Below, one piece after another: positions 28,871 to 42,200 of a stretch of 64,000 nt of DNA. Each line of letters opens with the position of its first letter. Position 1 is the first letter of the stretch. The stretch is from Balanoglossus misakiensis. Taxonomy: Eukaryota; Animalia; Hemichordata. Where the stretch lies: assembly GCA_040954595.2 (NCBI GenBank), contig CM082580.2, forward strand, positions 3,958,783 through 4,022,782. The letters are read 5' to 3'. The position numbers and the translations under genes are program-made. A model generated the notes under the pieces. It was not told the DNA's origin. It saw nothing but the letters and a program-made list of their open reading frames with translations, and searched no databases.

Positions 28871-29009
28871 ATGGCGCATCGTTGCGGGAAAAGTCGTCAA
28901 CAAACAGACCGTGGAACTGTCGCACTAGTTTTTCTCGCTGTTGTTTTTGTATTCATCACTGATCAGGGCGCAAAGGCACAGACTGCACCAACACTTCCCC
29001 CAAATTATG
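28871..29009 (+). CDS. Receptor exon 1: signal peptide
   Basis: [46 protein letters not shown], then G|gtaagt; phase 1 matches the 35140 acceptor. Confidence 0.75.
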
Positions 29010-32000
29010 GTAAGTATTATTTCTTCTGAAACCTGTTCTTATAAGGAACCGCAGCCACCATGATTTTCACCTGAAGCTAAAAAAACTGTTGACTGCTCGG
29101 CCCTGGTCAGATTTCAACCCGGATATATAAATGATATACAGCCCACCTAGAAGTAGAAACTGACACCAGATTTTTCGGTGTTCTTTGCTTGGTATGCTTT
29201 TACCTTACAGCAAAAAAGGGAATCAGCCTGTTTTGCTTTCATGAAACTAGTATTTGACCAAGGTTGTTCTGTACGTGTGGATGTGAAAGTTTAAAAATAC
29301 TATTATTATGACACCATAAATGTAAGAATCAGTAATTTATTTTTGAGTTCATTATTACATCTCCTTAGTCCTATTGGCATTTAGTCTACATACTGTCCGA
29401 GCAAAATCTTTTAAAATTGGAGATGCAGATATTTTAAAATTGGAGATGCAGATATTATAAGGCTTTTACAGATATTTTTTCAGATCCAATTTGTGAATTT
29501 ATTAAAGAAAGAAAGCTTATAAGGAAGAACACTGAATAAGTTCAAAATTGTGATCCAGTAGGAAGTAAATGACAGCAACCTGAACTGTAGATCCATAGAA
29601 TGGTAGCAGGTCCATTGTTCTCCCAAGGAATTTCTGATAGCAAGGGGCTAATTTACATAACAGCAAAACTGGGTAAAAGTACATTGTGTAATTACTGTGT
29701 TAATGAAATTCTTTTATTTTGCCAAAATTAAAAAAAATAGTGGCTGCTATACTTTAATTTGCTCGGGGGGGGGGGGGGGGGGGGAGAACACTGGCACATT
29801 GTGTATTTATTGATCAATATGTCTACCAGTGTACACACGTCATAATTAGAGCAGAAAAAAACTACTACTTACGTTAATTGTATGAGTTGCAATTGATTAG
29901 TTTCTTTCATAATAATGAGTGTATTTGGCTACCAGTGTGCCGTCTAAGCCCATAAGACTCATCACTGACTCAACAAACTCACTGGTGACTCTAAAAAATT
30001 ATCCGCACTACATACAAAGGTAGAGGGCTGACCCAGAGAAATTTCTAGAAATCCCCAAATTGACTCGAAGCTTTTAAAATAATGTTTGTTAAAGGGCATA
30101 CTGTTCAGTTGGTTGCCTAGTAACATAGAAGACGCATGAGAGCTGCCATAATTCTTACAGTTGAAGTCTGTCATGCTAATGCTATCCCTACCGTGTATCA
30201 GAAGATTTTTTGTTGCATGCCATTAATTTATCGACATAAATGATTAACTGATAACTATAGTGATTGAAACTGCAAGTTTATAAATTGTCAACATTACAGT
30301 AAGATCTGCTTACTGAATTTCTCATGTTAGTACAAAAAATAAAATCTTCAAGCTTGCTGTACTGTACTGTACTGTACTGTACTGTACATGTACATGTACT
30401 GTACTGTACTGTACTGTACTGTACTGTACTGTACTGTACTGTACTGTACTGTACTGTACTGTAACTTAGTGACCAAAAAATGATATTGAAAACATCTTTA
30501 AGTTGAGTGCAGCTTTCATTGCACACACAGTCACCAAACTCACCAATAGTGGGTACATTCTTGTGAGACTCAGCCTCTTTGCATATTTAAATTTTGTCTA
30601 CAATTAATTTGATTAAAACCATCATGACTACTGTTGTCAACTACAAGCACTAGCACAAATGATAAGGAAGTTCTACCTGTTGATTTGGCTGGCATACTTT
30701 TCCTGGAGTTGTTTTAGAGCTCGGGATTTAAACTTGCATTTGCAGACAAATAGGCACTTAACCAGTTGAATTTTTCCTGGCTACGTAACTTTCTCATCAT
30801 TACACATAACTGTATTTTCCTTTCATAGTCCAATTTTGGCTGCTTTTGTTGTATCATAATTAAGAAACATTTGTGATAGTTTAGGCATAATGTTCAAATA
30901 ATCATTGATACTGAGGCCTATGAGGGTGGTGACCAAAATATTTGACTATGGTGTTTTTAATCATCCAGGTTTCAGTGGGGATGTAATAATAATACAAATT
31001 TTATTCTTTCTTAGGAACCAATGGTATGCCATACCTGTCAATCTGTAATCTGTAATTTGTATAAATATATATCTTTATTCATTCTTTAACAATGATATCT
31101 TATTTGTCTGAGATAAGTAATATTACTGCTTAGGGTTACCAGGGATACGTAAACTATTTGAGTCATTGTAGTACAGGAATGGAACGTAAATAATCTTGGC
31201 ACGTCATGGTATTTGATACAAAAAGTTTAGTGGTTTTCATCCAGTGGCTATGATAATGGCATATTCTCTGAAGGCTCAAGTTGAAATGCATGTAGAATTC
31301 TACTTTTGCCACGTGATATGGCTGGGACCATTTTTTCCAATGGGTCCAAAATGGGCAACTTGGAACAGTGGCAGGAGTCTGTAGCAACCCATAAAGGGAC
31401 TTAATTAATAGACTGGTGGCCTTTACTACAGGAGAGTCAATTAGTGTGCATATGGACTGTAGCAGTGGCCACTATAAACAAGTTTCCAGTTGCCAATAAT
31501 ACAGGCTTGACTACATATATTTTGCATGCAGTTGAAAGTTGTATATTGTGAATGTCATATCATTCATACTAGCGCAAACAAAATAATACATAACATCTTT
31601 CATGCTAAAAACAGGATTGCAACTGACTGAAAAATGCAGTGGTCTGATCACTTTAATTGAAAGTTAATGCAAATTTTTTTTAAAGTTTGCAACCAACTTT
31701 GCACCAAAGGTGTACAAGGAAATAAAATAGAATATAGTGTGTTCGTAGTGCAGGTTGCTAGGACAAATGTCTTCACATTTTTCCGTCTTTAAGTTATAAA
31801 TGTGATACACAAAGATAAATAAAAACTTCCTGCATATTTATACAACAATCAACCGAGTTATATATGGGTAGCTATTTTAAGGAGTTTTTAAACATTTTTC
31901 GTTTTATTGTCAGTGCGTGCAAGTGTTAAAGGTGAGGTAAACAATAGCTTTCATGTGATCAGCATTTTGCAGTGACCCTTTGACACTGCAGTGGTAATAA

Positions 32001-33258
32001 AACAACAGCAGTATTTTCAAGGTCTGATTGTGTGTATGACGTAAATAAGTGTTGATCGATACGCAAATGTATCTATCCGACACTGTTTGGAATGAAATTT
32101 GTAGATTTCAGAGTGAAATGCACTCTTTGCATACCAAAACCTTCATATTTATGGATAATTACTTATGCAACTTGCAATAGTCAGAATCTTTGCCTGCCAT
32201 TGTCCCCCCAGTCAGATATCCCTCCTCGGTTCGACTCTAGGTCAGTTGCTATTTTTAGTGTTTACACAGGAATGTGACTTCACCCATTGAAAAAATGCAA
32301 AGGTGTTTTGAATTTTTTCAAAATTTACGCTTGAATTATTTCTGCTTGTTGTTGTGAATGCTACAGGTCAGAAGTGACCAAAAGTGAGTCAACTCAGGAT
32401 TAACCCAAGGCTATTCCAGGTAAACACATCCAGCACCTCATTGTTACTGTACACGACACACATATAGATGAAAAATAATTCAGGCTGCATAAACAATAGT
32501 GGCTGGGCCAATTCAGCCCAAAGACCTACATGTATGGAAAAAAATGTGTCGTTCCAATAACCCAGTAATTTTATTCTAAATTCACCAACCCTAAACTTTT
32601 AATGGGTATGCCAACGCAGAAGTTAAAAAAATGTAATTTCCTAGATAAAAAGTAAGTTCAAGCAAAAATTTAAACTGAAGACCTGTCACTATTTCTGAAA
32701 AAGTGTATATTCTGAACCTAACAATTATTGGGTTTTGCCTAGGTATAAGCTAAATGGAAAAAAACTCTTGAGCTGTCAACAACATTTCTGGAGATAAAAA
32801 AGTTTTTCCACTGAGACATTTTACTTCCTTATCAGTACTTGTCCCATACATCAAAGCACCTGTCTGAAACACTGTCAGACATATCACCTGTCTTACGCCC
32901 ATAGATTAAACATTTCAGACATATATGAATTATTTACGGTTTTGATAGATTCTGTGCACTGAGCATTATCATCATGACCTTCCCTTGTGAAATTATTCTC
33001 AAGTATTTTTTTTTATCATGCAGCAGTCTATCATCATTTCATGTGACAGGTGATTTCCTTATTGCTGGTCTAAACTTTACAGTCCATGTACTCAGCTATC
33101 AGACCATATGATATACAACACCTTGTATCCAATGACAACTAAACATGATCAGCTGTTTGGCATTATACCAATCATGCTCTTTATGCTAGTAGCTAGCTGC
33201 AGCAATGTCTGTCTGTCTGTCTGGCTAGCTAGCTAGGTATACTGACAGATAGACACAT

Positions 33259-33291
<33 letters not shown>

Positions 33292-36200
33292 TGGATATGA
33301 TCTCAACCAAATCTTTTCAAATTAATGGAATTTAGGGAAACATCTTTATCACAGACTTTTTGACAGTATACATGTCCTCAGTTGACAAATGCTGTTTGAT
33401 TACTATCAACTGTGGATCAGAAACCCTGTCCACGCTCTGTTGCTGGGAAATGTAGAGTTGAACATGAACAACAATGACCCAGCCAATGGAGCCCACCTGT
33501 ACAGATGATTGGGTCTCACTTCAACCATTCACTTGAGCATGGGATCGGTGTTCTCAAAATTGGCAACTTTGAACTAAAAATTCTGCTGCCAAAATTGCGT
33601 CATGTACCAAGAAATTGGGCCAATCACTGCTTTTCCCAAGGATTTACGCTGTTATCCATACAATACAGAATCGTAAATGTAAGATCCTACTAAATTTGTG
33701 ACAAAGCTGGAAGCATTCTTGATACATACCAATCTGAAGACTTCATCTGCAGTTCTTCAATCAATAAGAAATTCTACTTCTTGTAAAACAAAATTGTTTT
33801 GATGGTTCAGAAAGTGATAGTCTCATAATGAGTGAATTGATCTTCATAATCATATGACATTGTTTATTTTATACCTGGAGAACAAATTAAAATATCTAGT
33901 CTGTCAACAAGAGTTAAGGCAAAACGTTGAAGTTTAATTAGGAAAATTGCAGTATAGTACGGAATACAATAGGTGGCCAGATCCAACCAGTGGATAATAT
34001 TCGGTTGAAGGAAAACTACCGGTATATGCTGTTTGCAACCATTTAATGATGAAATCGTCATGTACTTGAAGCTAAGAGACAATGACATATCTGTTTATTA
34101 CCGGCGATTCACTTTCTCATCTTTCAAAATCAGCTGAGATTATCAATATCAGTATTGCTGATCCAGTGGGTGAGAGGTCATTGCATGTAGCAAACAGAAT
34201 GCCAATGGAAGTAATTGCTAAATGCATGCGAAAGCCAAATTATTTGGTGTGCGGAAACATGATACAGCAACTTATTTCACAAAAATGTGAACTTGTTCCC
34301 CATACTTTGCACAGGAATGTGGTCAATCACTATTAATTTCCCTTTACTTTTGTCCTCTTTTCCTACCAGCACAATGTATGGGCTTAGAATTTAGAACCAT
34401 TTTATAACGTTGTTTGTCAAAATAAATTTAGCGCCAGGACTAGGCGTGTTTGCATAGCTGTTGTTTGTTCTTTGCATCAGTCGATAAACAATCAGGAGCA
34501 AAGTCAAAAAAATTTGTCATCTGTTGACAGTTTTCATGAGCTATAACCCATGAAAAATTTGCAAATATGCTTAGCCTGTCACGCGGTGACATTAATCGGA
34601 AAATGGTATCACCCACACCAAGGTGGGCAGAAGTTGGTCCTGGCGCTTTTTTCCCATGATTCAAATTACAGTAAACGCCATATTGGAAATTCTGCCAACT
34701 TTCCCTCGATTTTGTCAAAAATCGCGCGACTCAACATGGCGAATATGTTTTTTCTGAAAGAGTGACCTCAAAGCTACCAAATTATGTAGAAATCAGCTGA
34801 ACCGGATTTCCCCTTTAAATGCTTCTATAGAATTCAATAGAAAACAGTGTCCCAAACTTCATAGAGATCTATAGATGCATAGAAATTCTTAGCTGCAATG
34901 ATTGTAGCAGGTGCTGCTAGGTTGACTGGTGTGCAAAACCAGTCAACTTAGCAGCACCTGCTACAATCATTCCAGCTAAGAAATTCTATAAACTTTTATA
35001 GAAACTCAAAAGGCTACGGAATTCTAATCAATGTCTATAGAATATTTTTCCCTGAAGGGTCCATGGTCTTCAAATGCACCCTGCTCACAATCCTGTCGAG
35101 CGAACTGATGATTGGATTAATGTGTCTTCATCATTTCAGAGTTTGTGTATCCCCTGCCTTGTGACTTTGAGGAGTCCTACTGTCAATGGGTTCAGATGAC
35201 CGATGATAACTTTGATTGGACCAGAACTGACACCACTACACCATCTTCCAGCACTGGTCCATCTGGTGACCATACCAGCGGAAATGGCTTTTATGTGTTT
35301 ATAGAAACATCTTCACCATCCAAAGATGAAGTGGCCAGACTGATCAGTAATTACATTAACCCTTCACAGAGGGACAATTGCAGTGTAAGTATCAACACTT
35401 TACCTTCAGCAGTTCATTGTGCCACGCGGAGCTTTTACAGATAGGTGGACTGCCTGTCTTCCGTCCGTCGTCCATCAACATTTTCTTCAGTTTCTCTGAA
35501 ACTGCTGGTCCAATTGTTTGGAAATTTGGTGTGCAGCTTCCTTGGGATGACCTTAGTCAAGTTTGTTCAAATTGTGGTTAAATTTGCATATTTGTATTTT
35601 TGGCTCAACCATGTGTTAATGTCTATCCTCTACACTTTCTTATTCTATACTCCCTACATATGTTGCCTTGTTGAATATTCAGCTTCTCATCGCAACCTGC
35701 ATATCAATCCCGCTAACTGGTTGCCTAATCGTTTCTGCAACCCATTACAGCGGAGCTGTATCGGCCGCTAGGTCGCTTGTGTAAAATTTCAGTCAGAAAC
35801 TGCTCTTGCATGATTGTATTTTTGACGTCAAATTTTTTCCCTTTGGACTATTGCAGATGACATTCTATTATAACATGTACGGTAATTCCATTGGTGAATT
35901 GAACATCTATTCCAAGGAAGATGGAAGCAGTAATGAGGATAAGAGATGGAGTAAACAGGGCGCCCAAGGAAATGCTTGGCACCAAGGAATAGTAACATTT
36001 TATAACATACAACGCCCATTCCAAGTAAGGGCTCCTATTTGGTACATGTTAGACTGATAGATACTGTAGCTTCCTTATACTTTTAAGCTCCTGTCAGTGT
36101 GCCAACAAACATAAGGGACTGTTCAGTTTTTACGGTGGGGGGGGGTCAGCAAGTTTGTGTCATTTTTCAAAATCAGGCAGACCCCCCCCCTTCACCCATG

Positions 36201-39200
36201 ACCAGAAAAAGGTGACCCTCCCTTTGACAGGCAAAAAATTATTATGACACCCCCCAAGGGGGGGGGGGGAAGACGGGGTATCCCCCATGTATTTTCGCCA
36301 GTTTATTCTCCTGATGAGTGAGTCCAGTGACTCACGAAACATCGTTGTAGAGATTATGTACATGTATGTATGTGTGTGTTTGCATGTTTTCTTTAAGAAT
36401 ATTTCTAGGTTTCTGGGTATGTTTTTATGTAAAATTATCAAAATTATGCCAGTTTATTAATAAATTACTGGTGTAAATTGTGTGTGTATCAAATTTAAGG
36501 TTCCCTAGATTTGTATTGGAATATGATTCCTGATATAGAATATTGTCACATGTATAATGTGCATGTATTAATTCTGTCTAAAGATATCAGACTGCCAGTG
36601 CCACTCACTTTTATCATGTCAAAAGCTACCTGGCCTGACAACATCAGCTGTGTCCACTAATTTATTCATCTTCTTGTTACAATTTGCTTTTATTTTTTTC
36701 TAGATCATCATTGAAGGTGTAGTGGGAGATGGCATTAGAGGAGACATTGCAATAGACGATACATCGTTCTCAGGAAATTGTTATGCAGGAGGTAATATCA
36801 GCTGTCAAAGTCTCTCCCTCGCTGCCCTTTTCCCATTAATTATGTTTGATACAAGACACCGTTTATATTATTCTACATGTGGATATATAGTGAATCAATG
36901 TTCGACCACACACAACTTCCATCCAACTTGTAGACACGAGAAGGAAAAACTCGCCAAAATGAATAATCGGTGTTTACCATTTATTCATTTTGGCGGGATT
37001 TTTACTCTCATATCCTACAAACGAGATGGAAGTTGTGTGTTGTTGAATGTTGATTCTCTATATATCCACATGTAGAATAATATAAATGGTGTCTTGTATC
37101 AAACATAAATTTTGACACATGATGACTGACATATTCGGGCAACAGTGTATTTTATAACACACCATGCAGCGAACCCTCGATCGTGATTCGTCAATACGAC
37201 GTCACGTGACCTTAGTCATTTCGAACTGTTGCCTTGGGCATCAGTTCGATCGGTTTGGTGTGTTATAAAACACATGATGGCTGACATATTCGGGCAACAG
37301 TGTATTTTTAATGACCTCGGGACTGCCAGTCACACCAAAACAGTCTGTTTTCCCTCGGGCTATGCCCTCGGGAAAACAAGACTGTTTTAGTTGTGACTAG
37401 CAGCACCCTCGGGCATCAAAATACACTGTTGCCCTCATTGTCAGTCATCATGTGTATATTGATGACCGAGGGCGCTGCTAGTCACAACTAAAACAGTCTT
37501 GTTTTCCCGAGGGCATAGCCCGAGGGAAAACAGACTGTTTTGGTGTGACTGGCAGTCCCGAGGTCATTAAAAATACACTGTTGCCCGAATATGTCAGTCA
37601 TCATGTGTATTATAACACACTAAACACGGCACACACCACATCCAGGCAACAGTACTGGGCAGAAACTGATCGAACTGATGCCCTAGGGAACAGTTCGAAA
37701 TGACTAAGGTCACGTGACACCATATTGACGAATCACGATCGAGGGTTCGCTGCATGGTGTGTTAGAATATTTGATGTAAATCGTCACACTGCAGCCTAGG
37801 TGCACTGAACCACCGAGGTCACCAAAATACTTCTTGAGAATAATCAGATCAACACTGCCTCTCCTTTCCAATTTGTTGTTTACAGTCGAAGGCAAAGTGC
37901 GCCTGGTCAGTCCCAGCAGCACCGGTGAAACCATTGAAGGCCGAGTTGAAATATACCATGGCACAGAATGGGGAACGATTTGTGGTTATACTGGCGTCTG
38001 GGATGCTCTCACTGATGGAAAAGTTGTATGCCGACAGCTTGGATACACTGATGCGGAATCGACTACAGCATCGTACTCGGCAGACTCCAGTGTCCCGTTT
38101 CATCTGGACAATGTCACATGTATAGGAACAGAGCAGAATTTAACGCAGTGTGGTCACAATGGATGGGGTGTAATACGTTCACGGTGTGATCATCTTTTTG
38201 ACGATGCCACAGTCAGGTGCACTGGTAAGTGAACAGTTCTTTGCAGATCAAATGTCTTGTACCTGAGCAGGGCTGCGATACTGTTTCTAAAAGAATTATA
38301 AGTCAGCTTGTACCGATATTTGTTTCTTTGATATTGAAATGATATTCCATCGCGTTTCGTTTGCTTTCCTGATGAGAATACGAAATCACATGATCCATAC
38401 TGTTATTGACATCTATGAGAAAGAAGAAAAAGGATTCAAGTTGAAAAGCCAAGACTAAAAGGAAGATCTTGACTTTTAATGAATGGATAGATGGATGGAT
38501 GGATGGATGGATGGATGAATTTGTTTGATTTTGATGATTGTCTGTTCTTTCTGTTTCACAGAAAATCAACATTGTAGTTTCATAGATATCGTAAACGTTC
38601 TCCTTAGCAACCGTTGCCTAGCAGTACGACTCCCACTGTATTCTTCTTGACATCTTTTCTCTTGATGACAGATTTGGCCCCACCGCCATGTCACCCTACT
38701 GAGTTCACTTGCTCCAATGAACAGTGTGTTTGGCTCTCTCAACTGTGTGACTACACTGATGATTGTGGTGATGGCAGCGATGAGAACCCGTCTCTGTGTG
38801 GTAAGGTTTAGAGTTGACTGCCAAATCAACTACCCTGTTTATTATTGCAGTTTGGTTCGATCCTATTGTTTGGAACCATGTGGTTGAATCCATGAACTGG
38901 CAAATGGGGAAGACAGGGTGAAAAAAATACAATTTAGGCGCAGTAGATAGGTATCAGTGATCATAGGAGAAGAGTTACCAGTAATGATGATTTTGTAAAT
39001 TAAAAACTTGACATATTATTCTTTTATTGTATTCAGAATGTGAACATTGGTAAATTTACATTTTATACTGAAGTCTACAGTAATGTTAACCTGATATTGA
39101 GGATTTCATGTATATTTGTCTGTTAGCCTGTGTAGCATTCTAAAACAGGAGCTGTCATAATTATGTCATTCTGGCTTAGGAGGTTGATTTTGCAGTCATT

Positions 39201-42200
39201 GCTCACTGTGCAATATGCATCTTTTCATAGCGTTGGAAGATTAATAGCCTGGTTTTACAAATGGTGAATTCATTAGCAATTTTAGGGTCTTGTTGTTTAT
39301 TACCTTATTACTAGTCAAATGTTTGCTTTTGTTTTGGTTTGATTAACACTAATTTTTAGCATGCATGTGTTATTTTAGAATACCATGTTATTGTTTCTTT
39401 TGCAGACTCGTATCCTGGTCGATGCAATTTTCAGGACGATCTCTGTAATTGGATACAGTTGCCCACAGACGATTTTGACTGGTCTCGTCACAAAGGATCC
39501 ACACCCACTCCAAGCACAGGTCCCACATCTGATCACAATGGTTACACCGGTAAGCAATGAGTTACACAGCAAGTATAAAAACGACAAATGGTATAAGAAA
39601 AAAATAAGATTGGTGAATGGAGAGTCAGTGAAGAGATTACGCTTAGTCTTGCCTGATTCATTTCATAAATTGGAGGGAATTTCTAGCAGAGAGAGTATTC
39701 TCAAACCCAGATAAAAAAATAATTCAGAGATAATGCAAGCTTTCAACACATAATGGTACATGTAAGCAGGAAAACTTGTTGCTTCTATTTTCTTTTCTGA
39801 GTAGCATGTTATACAAGTTAAAGCCCCAGTAGCTGCAACTTTTCACCTGTTTAAATTGATAAAATACTTTAATCTTCTCCTTATCCTAAATAATAGTAAG
39901 AACATTTCAGTGATAAATATTCCTTGTGTTTTGTTTTTCTCAGACCATTACTACATGTATATGGAAGTAAGCAACAGGCCAATTTACAATATAACTAAGC
40001 TCGCCCTTGCACAACCATTTCAACCTACAACTGATGGCACGTGTAAGGTAGGTCAATAAAACATCCCATTGTTGTTTTGATAACAGTTGCAACGTTAGCA
40101 CTAAGCTATTTTTCTTGCTCCATATTGCCATGTAGATATTAGATATGCATTGTGTATTTGCCATATTCTGGCACAAAATATGTTCCTTTTTTGAAGTGAA
40201 GGGGTCGTCGCGCTGCATTTGTTTGTTTATAAACATTACAATTCATCCACAAATCCCTGAAATTAGATCATTCTTAGAATGAACGAAGCAGCCAATCATA
40301 GCGTAGACTGGGCATGACAGCAACTGAAGATCCTGGTAGGTTGTGGTGACTGCAGTGAGGTTTGTGCTGGTATGGGAGGGCATATTCTCATCAAAGGGGG
40401 ACACCCACGCGACACGACGACCGCTTCCCTGTAAATTGTGGCAATAAAAGAACGAATATGAATACTTTTCTATTTCAATTTTATTGCACAATTTTGTGGG
40501 CTTGCATATTTTTTACATCATTACTTTCATAAGAGAGAATGAGACAATTCTTGATGTTTTTGTTTATATATCACAATAGATACGTTTCTACTACCACATG
40601 GACGGAAATGACATCGGTTATCTGAAGCTGCAACAACTTGGCATGACAACACACACAGTAACCACAATATTTGAGAAAACTCGGGAGGTTGGAAATGATT
40701 GGGAATACGAACAGATTTCACTGACAAGTGATGAGAGTTTCCAGTTGTATTTTGAAGGTCAAGTAGGTCGGAGCCCAGACGGCGATATAGCTTTTGATGA
40801 TGTCTCCTTTTCTGTGAACTGTAAATTAGGTGTGTGTGCTTAAAAGTTTTTCTTCAAATATATTTAAAGATATACGGTCACCTATGAAAAATTAGCTATA
40901 GTTACCATGGCAAATTGAGATCTAGCCAATCACAGATTTTCAGTGGGTGGCACACGCGAAAAAAGAGCGCCACCATATGTTTTACAGAACACTCAAATAC
41001 GCTATTTCAGCCATATATGGGTGTATGTAAATTAGGGGTGACTGTATACCTTTAAGGTAGAATGCGCCTTGCAAATAAAATCCCATAATCTTTTTCTCAT
41101 ATTTGGCCCAAGACTAATAGAATCTCACACTCCTAAGGACCTGGGATCGTATTTCTCACACGAGTTGGGGATTTTTTGTCCCACACGAGCCGCAGGCGAT
41201 TGTGGAACAGAATTATTTTAATTGGACTGATTGACTATTTGAATTAGACTGTATGAACAATACTTAGGCCATTTTTCCAGCATTTCTATTCTGTGTTTAC
41301 CAAATGCAATTTCTTGTTCTACTCCAAACATCATGCTAATATAACCAGTACTCCACCTGTCAACATAGCCTGTTTGTGTGTAACAGCCATTGTTATTGTT
41401 GACAAATGAATTCTAGTCCGGACTTGAATTCAAATTTTGCACTATCACAATATACATATAGTTAGTTGAACAAGAAACTGCAGTAGATACACAAAACAAA
41501 ATACTGAAAGCATAGCGAAAAGTTACAGCTAATGGAGCTGTAATCCAAAGTGGACTGAATTTGACAATTACTTTTTCCCGGTGTGATGTTGATATCCTTT
41601 TATACATCACGAAACCACTAATACATACTTCTGCTGCTAGCCGCCACAAACATTTTGGACATTTCTGATCTCTTCTACCTGTATGTGTTCCTACAGACAA
41701 CAGCACGTGTGAATTGCCAAGCAATGAACCAGTGTTCAACTGTACAATTAGCGGGGAATGCATTTCTGATGAACACACCTGTGATTACCACCACAATTGT
41801 TTGGATGGTACTGATGAGATGGCAGATATGTGCAATTCAAGTAAGTGACCGTAACACTTCCGCATTCACTTCTCTTTTAGAAGTCATGAGGTCCATATTG
41901 AGTGCCATAACAGAGGTTCCGTTAGATGTTTTTCCTATGCATAATTTACTTTGCGTGAAATGTAACAAAACTGCGTACGTAGGTAGTTGAAAGCCTGTGA
42001 TAGGACACCACTGTACGTTGTTGCAAAGTTTAATCTGTCATGTGGCCTGAGCGAAAATTGCAACATTTCTGTGCGTAAATGTTGTAAAGTTACGTGCATG
42101 TTCGCGTTATTTTAAGCGTGTATAAACCCTTGCTCAATAGAATTTGTATATCTCTACTGGCTAAAGTCAATGCGTCAAGTTGCGTAATTATGGTCTGAAA

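Noticed and set aside
32200-32250. B-box-like GGTTCGACTC
   Set aside because: No A-box or cloverleaf; not a tRNA.
38369-38400. Second hammerhead-like string CTGATGA-GAATAC-GAAA-TCACATGATC
   Set aside because: Stem II is a single pair and the flanks do not form stem I; probably chance.
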